A stretch of DNA of 64,000 nt from a virus (Duplodnaviria; Caudoviricetes): the IMG/VR virus record IMGVR_UViG_3300028603_000021, positions 64,001 to 128,000 of that record; one strand, 5' to 3'. Below are positions 17,194 to 26,866 of this stretch, in pieces. The position numbers and the translations under genes were made by a program. How positions within the stretch are numbered: position 1 is the stretch's first letter; the number at the start of each line of letters is the position of its first letter. Under the pieces are notes generated by a model. The model was not told where the DNA came from, did not search any database, and saw only the letters and a program-made list of their open reading frames with translations.

Positions 17194-18867
17194 GTGCTGT
17201 CAGAGATACTAGAAAAAGTTGACTTCGTTGCCCTCGTGTCACGAAAAATCTCTCTAACAAAGACCAAGCCAGATTCTTACAAGGGGCTTTCTCCGTTCAC
17301 GAACGAGAAAACCCCAAGTTTCTTTGTGAACGCTCACTCTAAGACGTGGTATGACTTCTCTGCTGGTAAGGGCGGGGGAGTTATCGACTACGTGATGCAG
17401 ACAGAAAACATCTCTAAGGAGGGTGCAGTTGCCTTCTTAGCAGACCTCGTAGGCATAGAGATAGAGCAGAACCACCACCTGACTCCACTGAGGAAGATAG
17501 TCAAACTGAGCTACGACTTTTTCCTAGAGCACGCGGAGCAAGCTTACCCGTACATGAAGTCTCGGGGGTTTTCTGTAGACACGCTGAAGCGCTACGGGGT
17601 GGGATTCGCCCCGGACGGAAACAAGACACTTATAGACCATCTTCTTGCGGCTAAGTGTAAGTCAGACGACATAGTTGCAACTGGAGTCGGGTACATCAAC
17701 AACGGAAGGCTGCTGTCTAGATACCAAAACAGAGTGGTTTTCCCGATAAAAGACGCCTATGGCACTATAGTTTCGTTTACGGGCAGGGCAACCGACGCAA
17801 CCCATCACGCCGCACCGCGTTACGTCCACGGTGCTAGCTCTCCGATATTCCGCAAGAAGGAAGTCGTTTGGAACCTGAGCAGCGTAAGAAACCTTATCGC
17901 TGAGCATAACATGGTTATCGTGTGTGAAGGTCAGATGGATGCGTTGTCTGTGTGTGAAGCCGGTCTTCCTGGCGTGGCGATACTAGGTTCCAACCCCACC
18001 AACGAGCAGATAAAACTGCTTGCTGGAGCAGCAGCAAACATCTACTTTGTCTTCGACTCTGACTCTGCTGGTGAAAAAGCGCTGCTAGAAGCCTTCAAGG
18101 TCGCAGAAGACACTGGGGTAGACTCCGTTCTGTACTCTATAGTGCTCCCGGAGAAAGAAGACCCCAACTCGTACTTACAGTCACACTCCACGGAAGACTT
18201 CTTGTCATTAGTAACTAACGCCAGGTCAGACACCTCTGCTATCATCCGTGCACTCATCAAGAAAAACTTGGGAGCTAACCGCACCAGAAGCCAAGTAGCT
18301 AGCGCTGTCATACGCGAGCTAGCGCCTTACGTTCAGAGTAAGCTCAGCTACCGTGGTTTAGACTTAGTAGAGCGAGCTTCTCAGGAGTTCAGCATAGACC
18401 AGCGCCAGCTACAGCAGATGATCCAGTACAAAAACGCCGACAAAGTGTCTGCACTGGATCTGGATAAGATGACATTCCCAGCACCGATATATGAAAGACG
18501 CATACTCTATTTCGTTCTAGACAACCCTAGTAACATCATAGAGTTCAGGAAAAGCGGGATTTCTTACCTAGACTTTGAATCCTCGCTCGTGAGCAAGGCC
18601 TTAGAAACAGTTGACCCGACCATGGACTCAGCTGCTGTGTTCGACGCCTTGAAAGACGCCCTTGAAGAGGAAGAATACTACACGATACTGGAGTTTTACT
18701 CGAAGGGTCTAGACGGGTCGTTCACGACAGCGCTAGAGGTCATGCGGGGGATGGTGCTCAAGAGAACCAGAGACGCTAAGAACGATTTCCTCGGGAGGTC
18801 TACGCCAGACACGGACTTCATCAGAGAGAAAAGGCGAGAACTTAAGGAAAAGTTAGGAGCAAGATGA
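17194..18867 (+). CDS. dnaG: DNA primase
   Basis: EKTPSF, NRVVFPI, FTGR, TOPRIM CEGQMD and FDSDSAG. Confidence 0.95.
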   Translation: MLSEILEKVDFVALVSRKISLTKTKPDSYKGLSPFTNEKTPSFFVNAHSKTWYDFSAGKGGGVIDYVMQTENISKEGAVAFLADLVGIEIEQNHHLTPLRKIVKLSYDFFLEHAEQAYPYMKSRGFSVDTLKRYGVGFAPDGNKTLIDHLLAAKCKSDDIVATGVGYINNGRLLSRYQNRVVFPIKDAYGTIVSFTGRATDATHHAAPRYVHGASSPIFRKKEVVWNLSSVRNLIAEHNMVIVCEGQMDALSVCEAGLPGVAILGSNPTNEQIKLLAGAAANIYFVFDSDSAGEKALLEAFKVAEDTGVDSVLYSIVLPEKEDPNSYLQSHSTEDFLSLVTNARSDTSAIIRALIKKNLGANRTRSQVASAVIRELAPYVQSKLSYRGLDLVERASQEFSIDQRQLQQMIQYKNADKVSALDLDKMTFPAPIYERRILYFVLDNPSNIIEFRKSGISYLDFESSLVSKALETVDPTMDSAAVFDALKDALEEEEYYTILEFYSKGLDGSFTTALEVMRGMVLKRTRDAKNDFLGRSTPDTDFIREKRRELKEKLGAR

Positions 18868-19736
18868 ACACAAAAGATTACCTGTTCTCTGCGTCCTCTT
18901 ACAAGGAGTACCAGCAGTGTGGGTTAAAATTCCGCTACAAGCGAGTAGATAAGATTCCATCTGGCGACGAGATCTCTCATCACAGATGGTTTGGACGGAT
19001 CGTGCACGACCTGGTTTACATCGGTCTAGCCGAGAGGAACGGCAGCAAAGACTACACCCTCAGAGACAAAGCTCAGAAGAGGTATGCAACCTCTCTGGTG
19101 GCCGGGATATGGGACACACGACCCAAAGACGAGACGGCTAAAGCTGTCATGGAGGGGGCTGGGGATAAACCAGAAAACTTCTTCCCCGGTAAGATACAGT
19201 CTTTACAAGGCACTCCCTCGGCTATAGAGAAAGGCTGGGAAAAACAAGCCAGAACTATGGTAGGAAACGGGATAACTGCCCTAAGCCCTATCCTCAACGA
19301 TATCATAGAGATAGAGGCTAAACTCCTCTGGAAGTGGCACGACAGACGGTTCATAGGGTACGTGGACATCATATCCAAGGAAGACGGCAAGATTCACTTC
19401 TATGACCTGAAAACCGCCTGGAACAAGCCCGGCAAGAGCCTAGAGAAAGACTTTCAGTTCTACAGCTATTCTCTGGCTCTGAAGGAAAAGTATAACCTAG
19501 ACTACTACCCGACAGGACACTGGGTACATCTCAAAGACGGGTCTGTGCTAGATTTTGATGTAACGCAAGAGATAATCGACTACCACGACAAAGATGCAGA
19601 CCAGCTGTTCGAAAGGCTAGAGAACGATGTATTCCCAGCGAGCCTGGGAAGCCCGTTATGCAGGTTCTGCGACTACAGAAACCTGTGCTACGGAGAAGAT
19701 TTCGACTGGGAAGGGTGGAAACCAACGCTATGGTGA
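18864..19736 (+). CDS. PD-(D/E)xK RecB/Cas4-like exonuclease with Fe-S cluster cysteines
   Basis: SASSY...QC, GYVD, YDLKT, QFYSY, CRFCDYRNLC. Confidence 0.85.
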   Translation: MNTKDYLFSASSYKEYQQCGLKFRYKRVDKIPSGDEISHHRWFGRIVHDLVYIGLAERNGSKDYTLRDKAQKRYATSLVAGIWDTRPKDETAKAVMEGAGDKPENFFPGKIQSLQGTPSAIEKGWEKQARTMVGNGITALSPILNDIIEIEAKLLWKWHDRRFIGYVDIISKEDGKIHFYDLKTAWNKPGKSLEKDFQFYSYSLALKEKYNLDYYPTGHWVHLKDGSVLDFDVTQEIIDYHDKDADQLFERLENDVFPASLGSPLCRFCDYRNLCYGEDFDWEGWKPTLW

Positions 19737-19942
19737 TAAAGGGACTCAACAACCATGTTATACTGACTCCGATACCCAACGAAGAGCTATGGGGCGTTGC
19801 CGTGACTGCAAACAAAAACCTGGGTATAAGCCCAGGCGATAACGTCTTGTTTGCTTTCGGTAGCTACTACGAGTTCTCAGTGGAGGGGACGGCATACATA
19901 GCCGTGCCAGAAGCTGATGTAGTAGCGCTCGTCTCCACCTAG
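19730..19942 (+). CDS. groES: miniature GroES-like co-chaperonin
   Basis: IKGLNNHVIL...ISPGDNVLF..GSYYEFSVEGTAYIAVPEADVVALV; 70 aa. Confidence 0.7.
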   Translation: MVIKGLNNHVILTPIPNEELWGVAVTANKNLGISPGDNVLFAFGSYYEFSVEGTAYIAVPEADVVALVST

Positions 19943-20328
19943 GGTATAGGGGTCTGTGTACCCCTGTCGCTGCCCCCACCATTTTTCTTTTGTGGCGGGG
20001 TATCCTTACCACCCTTACCGTCTTCGTATTCTTTCTGAGCCTTCTCAAGCTCTGACAGCAGGTCGTCTATCTTCTTCTCTCTAGCCGCTTCTTCTTCCGT
20101 GGGGACATAAGCAATAAGCTCCCCACGGTGTTTTTCTATCGTCTCTCTTATGATCTTGGCGGTCTGGGCTTCTACGAATTCTTGCAGCTTAACTGGGTCT
20201 ATAACAGCAGTACCGTCTTTCTTCTCGGCTGTTCCTAGTTTGTCTAGAGCACCGAAAAGCCCCTTGAGCACTGGTGCAATATACGGAAGAAACTTAAGTA
20301 TAAGACCTAGTATGGCGAATATCTGCAT
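19939..20328 (-). CDS. membrane-anchored coiled-coil protein (possible lysis accessory)
   Basis: Hydrophobic N-terminus, charged helix; last gene of the late operon, downstream of the holin-like gene. Confidence 0.5.
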   Translation of the reverse strand: MQIFAILGLILKFLPYIAPVLKGLFGALDKLGTAEKKDGTAVIDPVKLQEFVEAQTAKIIRETIEKHRGELIAYVPTEEEAAREKKIDDLLSELEKAQKEYEDGKGGKDTPPQKKNGGGSDRGTQTPIP

Positions 20329-20335
20329 ATTATCA

Positions 20336-21934
20336 TTATCTCCTTATCTCCCATGTTTTAGTTCCTGCTGCGAAAACCTTAGCAACACCCCTCGACTTGA
20401 GGAATGTTTCAGCGTCTTCACCATCATACTCCGGGAACATAGACGAAATCTTGTGCTTCTGAAACTTCTCGCGTGGGTATAGCTTACCCCTGTAGGTGAA
20501 ATAAAGAGTGTACGGGAACGACCCAACCAGAGAAAATCCGTTAGAAGCGTACACATTGCCCGTAGCATAGCGGTTAGCAGAGTGTGTACGTATCACAGAG
20601 TCAGGTACTGCGCTTAGGAGCTTGGAAAATCCTCCGATCACCTGGGTGTTTACCTTAGAGACGAACCTGTCGATGGTTTTTATACCGCGCCGTGTCGATA
20701 AGCCTAAAACTGATACAAGGTTTCCCTCGTGCGTTAAACCGAGCTTGGTTTTAGAGTTAACAGCGCCCTGAAGGTGGTTATCACGAAGGAAGTTTCTATA
20801 GTCACTGGATGACAGCTCTACCAGCTTGGTTTTTCTGCCATATATCCTCTCTTCAGTGTGGCCTAGGGCATGGGAAACCATAGATCTGACTATATCTGGT
20901 TTCTCTAGTATCTCATAGTCAAAAAACTGAAGCAACGTCACACCACGAGCCTCGGCAGCGTCTTGTTTTTCTTGGTGGTATCTCTTACCCAAGAAACTGT
21001 GCCAGTATGCGCCATCTACTTCGATTGCAACTGACTTCTCTGGGATGAATATATCCAGTTCCATACCGCCTAGAACACTACGGTCGTTTATAACTGTGTC
21101 AACCCCCAAGCTCCCTACGAAGTCAAGAAGCTGGTTATGTGGCTTAGACACACGCACAGACCGCTTCTGGTGTCCTTTGCCTTCTAGGTGGTTGCTAGCC
21201 GTCTGCCAAAAGTCGCCGTAGACAGGACAAGTTATAAGTATCTTGTTCCTCGCGCTGCTGTAGTCAGACTTAGAGTAGTCATAAGTATCACCGTGCACAC
21301 CTACTGCTCTTCCGATAAATTCTTCACGAGAAAGAGTCCTTTTTTCTCCTGATTTCTCGTAACCTCGTACACGGTGTCCTCTACCCTTAAGTAACTCATT
21401 TGGTAAAATCCAGAAGTCTCCGTGCTCTGGGTCTGTTACACATACCTTAGTCTTCGCATTGATGTAGCTGGTTTTAGAATAGTCGTAGAGATACCCATGT
21501 ACTGCCTTAGCTAGGCGTATAAACTCCTCTTGTGACCTGACGTTCTTGTCTCTAGAAGCTTCAGACCCTCTGCTCGGATGCCCTCTACCCTCTAGGTGAT
21601 GATGAGCTGACTGCCAGAACTCGCCATAATCCGGGTCTATGATACACACCTTAGAGAACGAGCCAGCATAGCTTACCTTAGAGTAGTCGTATAGTCCGTT
21701 ATGCACCTCAGAGGCGCGAGCTATAAACTCTTCTTGAGACATAGAGATACGATTTACATACCTCTCTCTGTTACCGTTTCCAGAGAGGTGTTTGTTGGGG
21801 GTTTGCCAGAAATCTCCGAACTCAGGGTCGGTGATGCACACCTTAGTTTTAGAATTTACGTAAGATACCTTGCTGTAGTCATAAAGATCTCCGTGCACCT
21901 CACGTGCTTTTTCTATGAACTCTTCAGTTCCCAT
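20336..21934 (-). mobile_element. homing-endonuclease-like gene copy A: 4 DUF723-like repeats + Vsr-like nuclease + GNAT/Mom-like domain
   Basis: EEFI..A..VHG..YDYSK repeats; ELDIFIPEKSVAIEVDGAYWHS; NHLQG...IDRF...IGGFSKLL...RYATGNVY..NGF. Confidence 0.8.
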
Positions 21935-21942
21935 TATCTTTT

Positions 21943-21971
21943 ATTCTATCACTACCGACACCGCATGTCAA
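21943..21971 (-). promoter_or_regulatory. promoter of endonuclease copy A
   Basis: TTGACA-17-TAGAAT, 8 nt before the ATG. Confidence 0.8.
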
Positions 21972-21973
21972 AC

Positions 21974-21998
21974 AAAAAGGCGGCCATTTCTGACCGCC
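21974..21998 (-). terminator. intrinsic terminator after the holin-like gene
   Basis: GGCGGUC-AGAAAU-GGCCGCC followed by UUUUU. Confidence 0.8.
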
Positions 21999-22018
21999 GT
22001 GAGGAGGGGGAGAAGAGG

Positions 22019-22453
22019 TTACTCTCTCTGAAGCTTAACTATCTTCGAGGCAGTAGAAGCGGCAACCTGACGCTCGTTCTTCGCCATGCCGTTAGACATC
22101 AAGAAGGCGAACGCTGTGAGGGCAGCTGCTTGCAGGGCAGCCGAGATGCCGGAAGCTCCGGCTAGATATCCTAGCCCAAGATACCCACCGACACCACCGA
22201 TTATAGCTGCTACGGCTAGCGAAAGCCACTGTGTAGCACGGCCTTCCGTGCCGAACCAGTCCTTACCAAGAGCCGTTAGAGCTTTGGTGATCCACGGTAC
22301 TACAAGACCCACAGCAAGAAAAACGGTTTCTTGACTCTGGAACCAAGTTCTAGGGTCTAGGGTCACTGGAACAGCTTGGGCGATAGCAACGCCCACGAAG
22401 AAGACTGCTACAGTGATAGCAACGTATTTAACTATGTTTACGAAACTAAGCAT
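22019..22453 (-). CDS. holin-like membrane protein
   Basis: 3-4 hydrophobic helices, charged C-terminus, end of structural operon. Confidence 0.6.
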   Translation of the reverse strand: MLSFVNIVKYVAITVAVFFVGVAIAQAVPVTLDPRTWFQSQETVFLAVGLVVPWITKALTALGKDWFGTEGRATQWLSLAVAAIIGGVGGYLGLGYLAGASGISAALQAAALTAFAFLMSNGMAKNERQVAASTASKIVKLQRE

Positions 22454-22456
22454 ACT

Positions 22457-23614
22457 TTAATACCTCCGGAAGTTACGGACGTTATACGCATCCGCTCCCT
22501 TGATTGTAGTACCGTCGTCAACGATGTCAACATCTGAAGGGGTCTGCATTGCACTACCATCCCAGATGTAGCCGTCGCGCACGAGTCCAGAACCAGCGCG
22601 GTTGATAGGCGCGATGTTCTCTGAAGGCGCGTAGCCAAGCCAACGCAGGAAGTGACCAGGAATCTCGATACCCTTGTCAGCCGTAAAGTCACCGGCAAAC
22701 CCACCCTGTAGGTACACGTAGTCGAACAGCGGAAGCTGGTTGTACATGTAGATAGGCTGGAAGTAAGCAGTAACGGTGCTAGTAGAGCCGTCTGTGAGCT
22801 GGAAGCTACCGGTGAAGCTTGTAAGCTCGTTAACGTCGGATTCAGCTATACCCTTAGGAAGAACCTTACCGAATCGGTTATACCCAGCAGGAGCAAACTT
22901 CTCGATGTACCCTTGGTCAGTCCATGTAACCCTAGTTGCCTTACCTTCACCAGTCGGGCTGCCGGTGCTAACCTTGTCAACAATACCTGCACTGTCAAGG
23001 GCGTCGATATCACCGTCATACTGAACTAAAGTCCTCTGCTCTTGGGTAGAGTTGTTAGAGACCAAGTAAAGTAGGGAAACTTTCTTAAGGAGTGGAACTG
23101 TTATGATGGAAACAGAGGGTTTAATTCCGATGCTGTACGCACCAGGATCGTATCCCTTCAGGTCGTCTCTGCCGTCAGAAAAGACTGCCCAGTCAGCTGA
23201 GAAGGTTGACGGGAACGACTTATCTCCAGTAAAAGTGATTGCCGTGGCGCTCGGTGTAATAGTCCCGCCACCTGACACAGTGACCAAATCAATAACTTGC
23301 CCAGATGCTACTTCAACAACCTCGTCAAGGGTTACCGGAGTTGCTACCGTTACAGAGCCACTCAACACAACCTTCCCATCAACAGTAATCTGGTAGTCAG
23401 TAGTAGCGCTTGACGCGGTAAGTGTAGTAACAATGCGATGCAGTCCAGACGTAGCAGCAGTCTGAGGGAACGAAGTTCCTAGAGAAACGCTCTTGTCACC
23501 AACAACGTCACCTATGCCTTGCAGCCAGTGCTGCCCTTCTTTGTAGAATTTTCTGACCTTGTACTCGCCCGTCTGTACATAAGCAGTGTCAGTCAGGAAT
23601 TGGAAATACTTCAC
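22457..23614 (-). CDS. putative virion structural protein
   Basis: Thr/Val/Gly-rich beta protein with GGAGG RBS and own promoter (TTGACT-17-TATCCT, 23719-23747). Confidence 0.55.
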   Translation of the reverse strand: MKYFQFLTDTAYVQTGEYKVRKFYKEGQHWLQGIGDVVGDKSVSLGTSFPQTAATSGLHRIVTTLTASSATTDYQITVDGKVVLSGSVTVATPVTLDEVVEVASGQVIDLVTVSGGGTITPSATAITFTGDKSFPSTFSADWAVFSDGRDDLKGYDPGAYSIGIKPSVSIITVPLLKKVSLLYLVSNNSTQEQRTLVQYDGDIDALDSAGIVDKVSTGSPTGEGKATRVTWTDQGYIEKFAPAGYNRFGKVLPKGIAESDVNELTSFTGSFQLTDGSTSTVTAYFQPIYMYNQLPLFDYVYLQGGFAGDFTADKGIEIPGHFLRWLGYAPSENIAPINRAGSGLVRDGYIWDGSAMQTPSDVDIVDDGTTIKGADAYNVRNFRRY

Positions 23615-23743
23615 GTTATCCTCCGTGTCGGATTGTTATGTTCTGTTAACCGACGCATACTCAGGTTGTTCCCCGAGGTGTATAACAAGTACGGGTTAGG
23701 TTGCGTCTTTTATATTTCAGGATACTACTATAACGAGGAAAAG

Positions 23744-24097
23744 TCAACCAGCTTCCTTCTCTAGGGAGATGTTTCGGTATGCTTCCATGCGTTTATCTCC
23801 TTTGTAGCCGGAAAAAACCAGCTTAAGGTAGTTAGAGATAAACTCCCAGAAATATCTCACAGGAAACCCGATAGACCCCAAGCGCCTCCACTGCTTGACG
23901 TGGATGTATTCATGCCGCATGATGTCGGGATCGTTCGCCTCTAGCGGTAACGCAAAGATACACTCACCGATGGTCTGACCACCGAACTGAGCGCCGCCGA
24001 GAATGCTAGAAACAACCCAAAGCTCTGCATCCCTGTGGGTTCGCTTCTCAGTCACTTTATTCCTGTAGAGGAATTTACCTATCTTAGTTGCTAACAT
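23744..24097 (-). CDS. small HExxH zinc metallopeptidase-like protein (DUF4157-like)
   Basis: GQTIG..IF, RHEYIHVKQW, YRNISLEKEA. Confidence 0.7.
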   Translation of the reverse strand: MLATKIGKFLYRNKVTEKRTHRDAELWVVSSILGGAQFGGQTIGECIFALPLEANDPDIMRHEYIHVKQWRRLGSIGFPVRYFWEFISNYLKLVFSGYKGDKRMEAYRNISLEKEAG

Positions 24098-24106
24098 ATA
24101 CCACCA

Positions 24107-26866
24107 TCAGAACACAGTCACCCTTACCTCTCCGCGTCCACCAGCAAGACCCCTACCGCCGCCTCCGCCACCGGGAACAGCCCCCTCACTACCTGATACT
24201 GTGTTACCATCACCCTTACCGCCGTCACCACCAAACCTGCTACGTCCACCACTAGCACCAGAAGAGCTTAGTTGATTGGTAGGATACGACCAGCCACCAC
24301 CAGCCCCACCATAGACACTATTCCCAGCCGAGCTACCACCGTAGACACCCCCCTTACCCCCCGCCCAATGCGAGGGTATCGGTAGTACGGGAATTCCAGG
24401 ATGATAGGTTGTTCTACCCCCACCTTGCGCCTGAACGAAATTACCAAAATAGCTATGCATGACCATACCAGTCGGAAGGCCAACACCTATAGGTATAGAA
24501 CCTGATGGTAATGAAGAAAGTGGTATCCATAGCTCTGCGTAGTCACCACCATCGCCCCCATTAGCACCCTTGCTCGGGTTGTAGCTTATGTCCCCCTTAG
24601 CCCCCGCTCCCCACAACTGTACAAATACCATAGTACCGATAGACGGTTTAGTCCATGTTCCGCTAGCAGTGAAAACCTGAAGTGTTGCCCTGGAGGAATC
24701 CACATATCCTTTGTTAGCGATATCCTCTGGGTGACTCGGGCTTGCTACTCTTGCCCGTCCGGACGAATCTCTTCGCACATACCTGTTTGGGAGATTTTGT
24801 GCTGAAGAAGCGAAGTACAGCCAAGCAACATTAATAAGATTATACCCCTGAGTGTTGGCGGCCATGTTACCGCCTGGATCCATGCCATCGGGCATGGAAA
24901 CTCCATCCCAAGCTGTAGTTCCAGCTAAGAGTAGCGCTTCTCCTGCGTTTTTGTAGAAGCCTGGAGTTCTCCTAGCTATCCTGTCAGCGGTATTGGCTGC
25001 TGTTGCTCCGTGAGCACCCATATCGTTCATGTGGGCAGTCAAAGCACCGCCGCTACCAGAGATGCCAGCAACAGCACTGTCTACATAACCCTTTGTAGTT
25101 AGGGTATCTGACGGAGCGCCTGTCATGTTGGTTACTACGCTGCTGCTGTATCTGAGATTTCCAGAGATACCTGTATCCCCTGCTTTGTTAACTGGAGTGA
25201 AACCCAGCGCTCCTGATACACTAGAACTTATCCACCTCTGAGACCCAGCGTTGTATGCTAGAACGTTGTTCGCAGGTATGCTAGACGGCAAAGACACGTC
25301 TCTCAGATTTCTAAGCTCGTAACCAACCGCGTCGAACGCCGTAATGGATGAGTTGTACACTAAAACGTCCCCGTTGTTCAACGCCGGGACATCAGCCATG
25401 CTAGCAAGGGTGAGTGTGTCTGCTATCTGGAATGCATAATCAGGGTTGAATGTGTCGATGGCAAAAGAGCTAGCCTCGGTCAGAGTGAGAAACGAGAACC
25501 AGCTAGACTGAGACCTTGCCACGGGAAAATAGTCCCCGTCCAAGATATCGCGGTTATACCACGACGTTGGGTTATGCTCTACCATAGCGCGTATGTTCGA
25601 AGTTCCTGAGATGTCAGACCTTATAATCCCCGCAGAATAATACAGCTGAAAGGTATCGGGATTGTAACGATTCTTCTGCACAGAAAGCATAACATCTTTT
25701 TTGACGCTTGCGCCGTAAGACAAGGCCAGCATGACAGCATCCCCATACTTAGCGGAGGGGTCTGAAACCAAGACACTTCCAGCCTCAGTAGAGACATCCC
25801 CGACTGGAACTTCTGCGATTATATGCTCTGAACCAGTAAACACATAACTCAAGAGAACCACGCCAGCATAGTCACCGTCATAAACAGCGCCGTACCTACT
25901 AGAGTAGGTTACACCACCGCTGACGAAGTTTTCTTGTAACTGCTCAGCTGAGAGCACCAAGAACTCTATACCGCTTGTATCGCCTGGCGGGTCTCCAGCT
26001 ACAGAAAGCTGCGACATCTGCGACGGAGAGATATTTAGTTTTATCCTTCCACGCGATGCATCAATGACCTTATATGTACCCGGGGCTGGATCTGGCGTGG
26101 AAGACACATCTTGCGGTACATATACATACTTAGGAGTTCCAGAATTAGTCCTAGACAGTATGATATGACCACCGTAATCTATACCAAAATTAGTATAAGG
26201 GAACTCTACCTCAGAATTATACGTACCAACGAAGTTATTTAGGGTAATTCCAGCAGATAGGAGTGTAGAGTCATACCTATGATTTCTGATGGGGGTTGGG
26301 TACTCTGCTCCTAACGATAGCTTAGACAGGAGTACGCTTTGCTCTCTGAATACAGAAGAGGAGCCGTATGAAAATGCCACATTAAGTGGATCTTGCGGTA
26401 TGCCATTAAATCTTACTTCATAATACCCATATCTGTACGTCTGCCCATTGTCTTCTGTTTTTACTGGCTTGTAAGGTAAGGCACGTTTGTTCAGGAAATC
26501 ATTAGATATCTTATATTTACCTGATTCTGTCTCAACATCAGTAGCAAGCACCTGCCACTCGTTAACCTGTGGAGTTCCTGTAGCTTGGTTTATAACCTCA
26601 AATCTATAGTATTCACCCTCACTCTTACCGAACAGACTCCCGACGGCCTTAACGCTAGGTGAAAATAAGTAAACTCCCTGCCCGTCAGGGCTCCCAGGGG
26701 CAGAGTATGCAAAAGCGTCATCACTGAAGTAACCGCCGTTGTTCTGGATTATGTTAGTGGAGAAACCAAAGTTAGCACCAAGGAATCCCCTTATATACTC
26801 AAGGAAATCGGTGAAGTTAGATGTCCCTAATGGAACTCCTTCGTAAGTGTTCAGCTTAGTTATCAT
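24107..26866 (-). CDS. tail fibre / baseplate-attached fibre with glycine-rich C-terminal domain
   Basis: ALGFTPVNKAGDT, TKGYVDS and NKGYVDS fibre motifs, QVFTASGTWTKP...GGG...GEVRV. Confidence 0.8.
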   Translation of the reverse strand: MITKLNTYEGVPLGTSNFTDFLEYIRGFLGANFGFSTNIIQNNGGYFSDDAFAYSAPGSPDGQGVYLFSPSVKAVGSLFGKSEGEYYRFEVINQATGTPQVNEWQVLATDVETESGKYKISNDFLNKRALPYKPVKTEDNGQTYRYGYYEVRFNGIPQDPLNVAFSYGSSSVFREQSVLLSKLSLGAEYPTPIRNHRYDSTLLSAGITLNNFVGTYNSEVEFPYTNFGIDYGGHIILSRTNSGTPKYVYVPQDVSSTPDPAPGTYKVIDASRGRIKLNISPSQMSQLSVAGDPPGDTSGIEFLVLSAEQLQENFVSGGVTYSSRYGAVYDGDYAGVVLLSYVFTGSEHIIAEVPVGDVSTEAGSVLVSDPSAKYGDAVMLALSYGASVKKDVMLSVQKNRYNPDTFQLYYSAGIIRSDISGTSNIRAMVEHNPTSWYNRDILDGDYFPVARSQSSWFSFLTLTEASSFAIDTFNPDYAFQIADTLTLASMADVPALNNGDVLVYNSSITAFDAVGYELRNLRDVSLPSSIPANNVLAYNAGSQRWISSSVSGALGFTPVNKAGDTGISGNLRYSSSVVTNMTGAPSDTLTTKGYVDSAVAGISGSGGALTAHMNDMGAHGATAANTADRIARRTPGFYKNAGEALLLAGTTAWDGVSMPDGMDPGGNMAANTQGYNLINVAWLYFASSAQNLPNRYVRRDSSGRARVASPSHPEDIANKGYVDSSRATLQVFTASGTWTKPSIGTMVFVQLWGAGAKGDISYNPSKGANGGDGGDYAELWIPLSSLPSGSIPIGVGLPTGMVMHSYFGNFVQAQGGGRTTYHPGIPVLPIPSHWAGGKGGVYGGSSAGNSVYGGAGGGWSYPTNQLSSSGASGGRSRFGGDGGKGDGNTVSGSEGAVPGGGGGGRGLAGGRGEVRVTVF

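Noticed and set aside
18864-19736. Cas4 as evidence of a CRISPR-Cas system
   Set aside because: Solo Cas4/RecB-like nucleases are common in phage replication modules; no cas1/cas2 here
23622-23708. Hammerhead or HDV ribozyme in the leader
   Set aside because: Core reads CUGAGUA/GAAC rather than CUGAnGA/GAAA, and HDV P3/L3 geometry is absent
24107-26866. Diversity-generating retroelement or invertible fibre cassette
   Set aside because: No reverse transcriptase, recombinase or duplicated template region recognised
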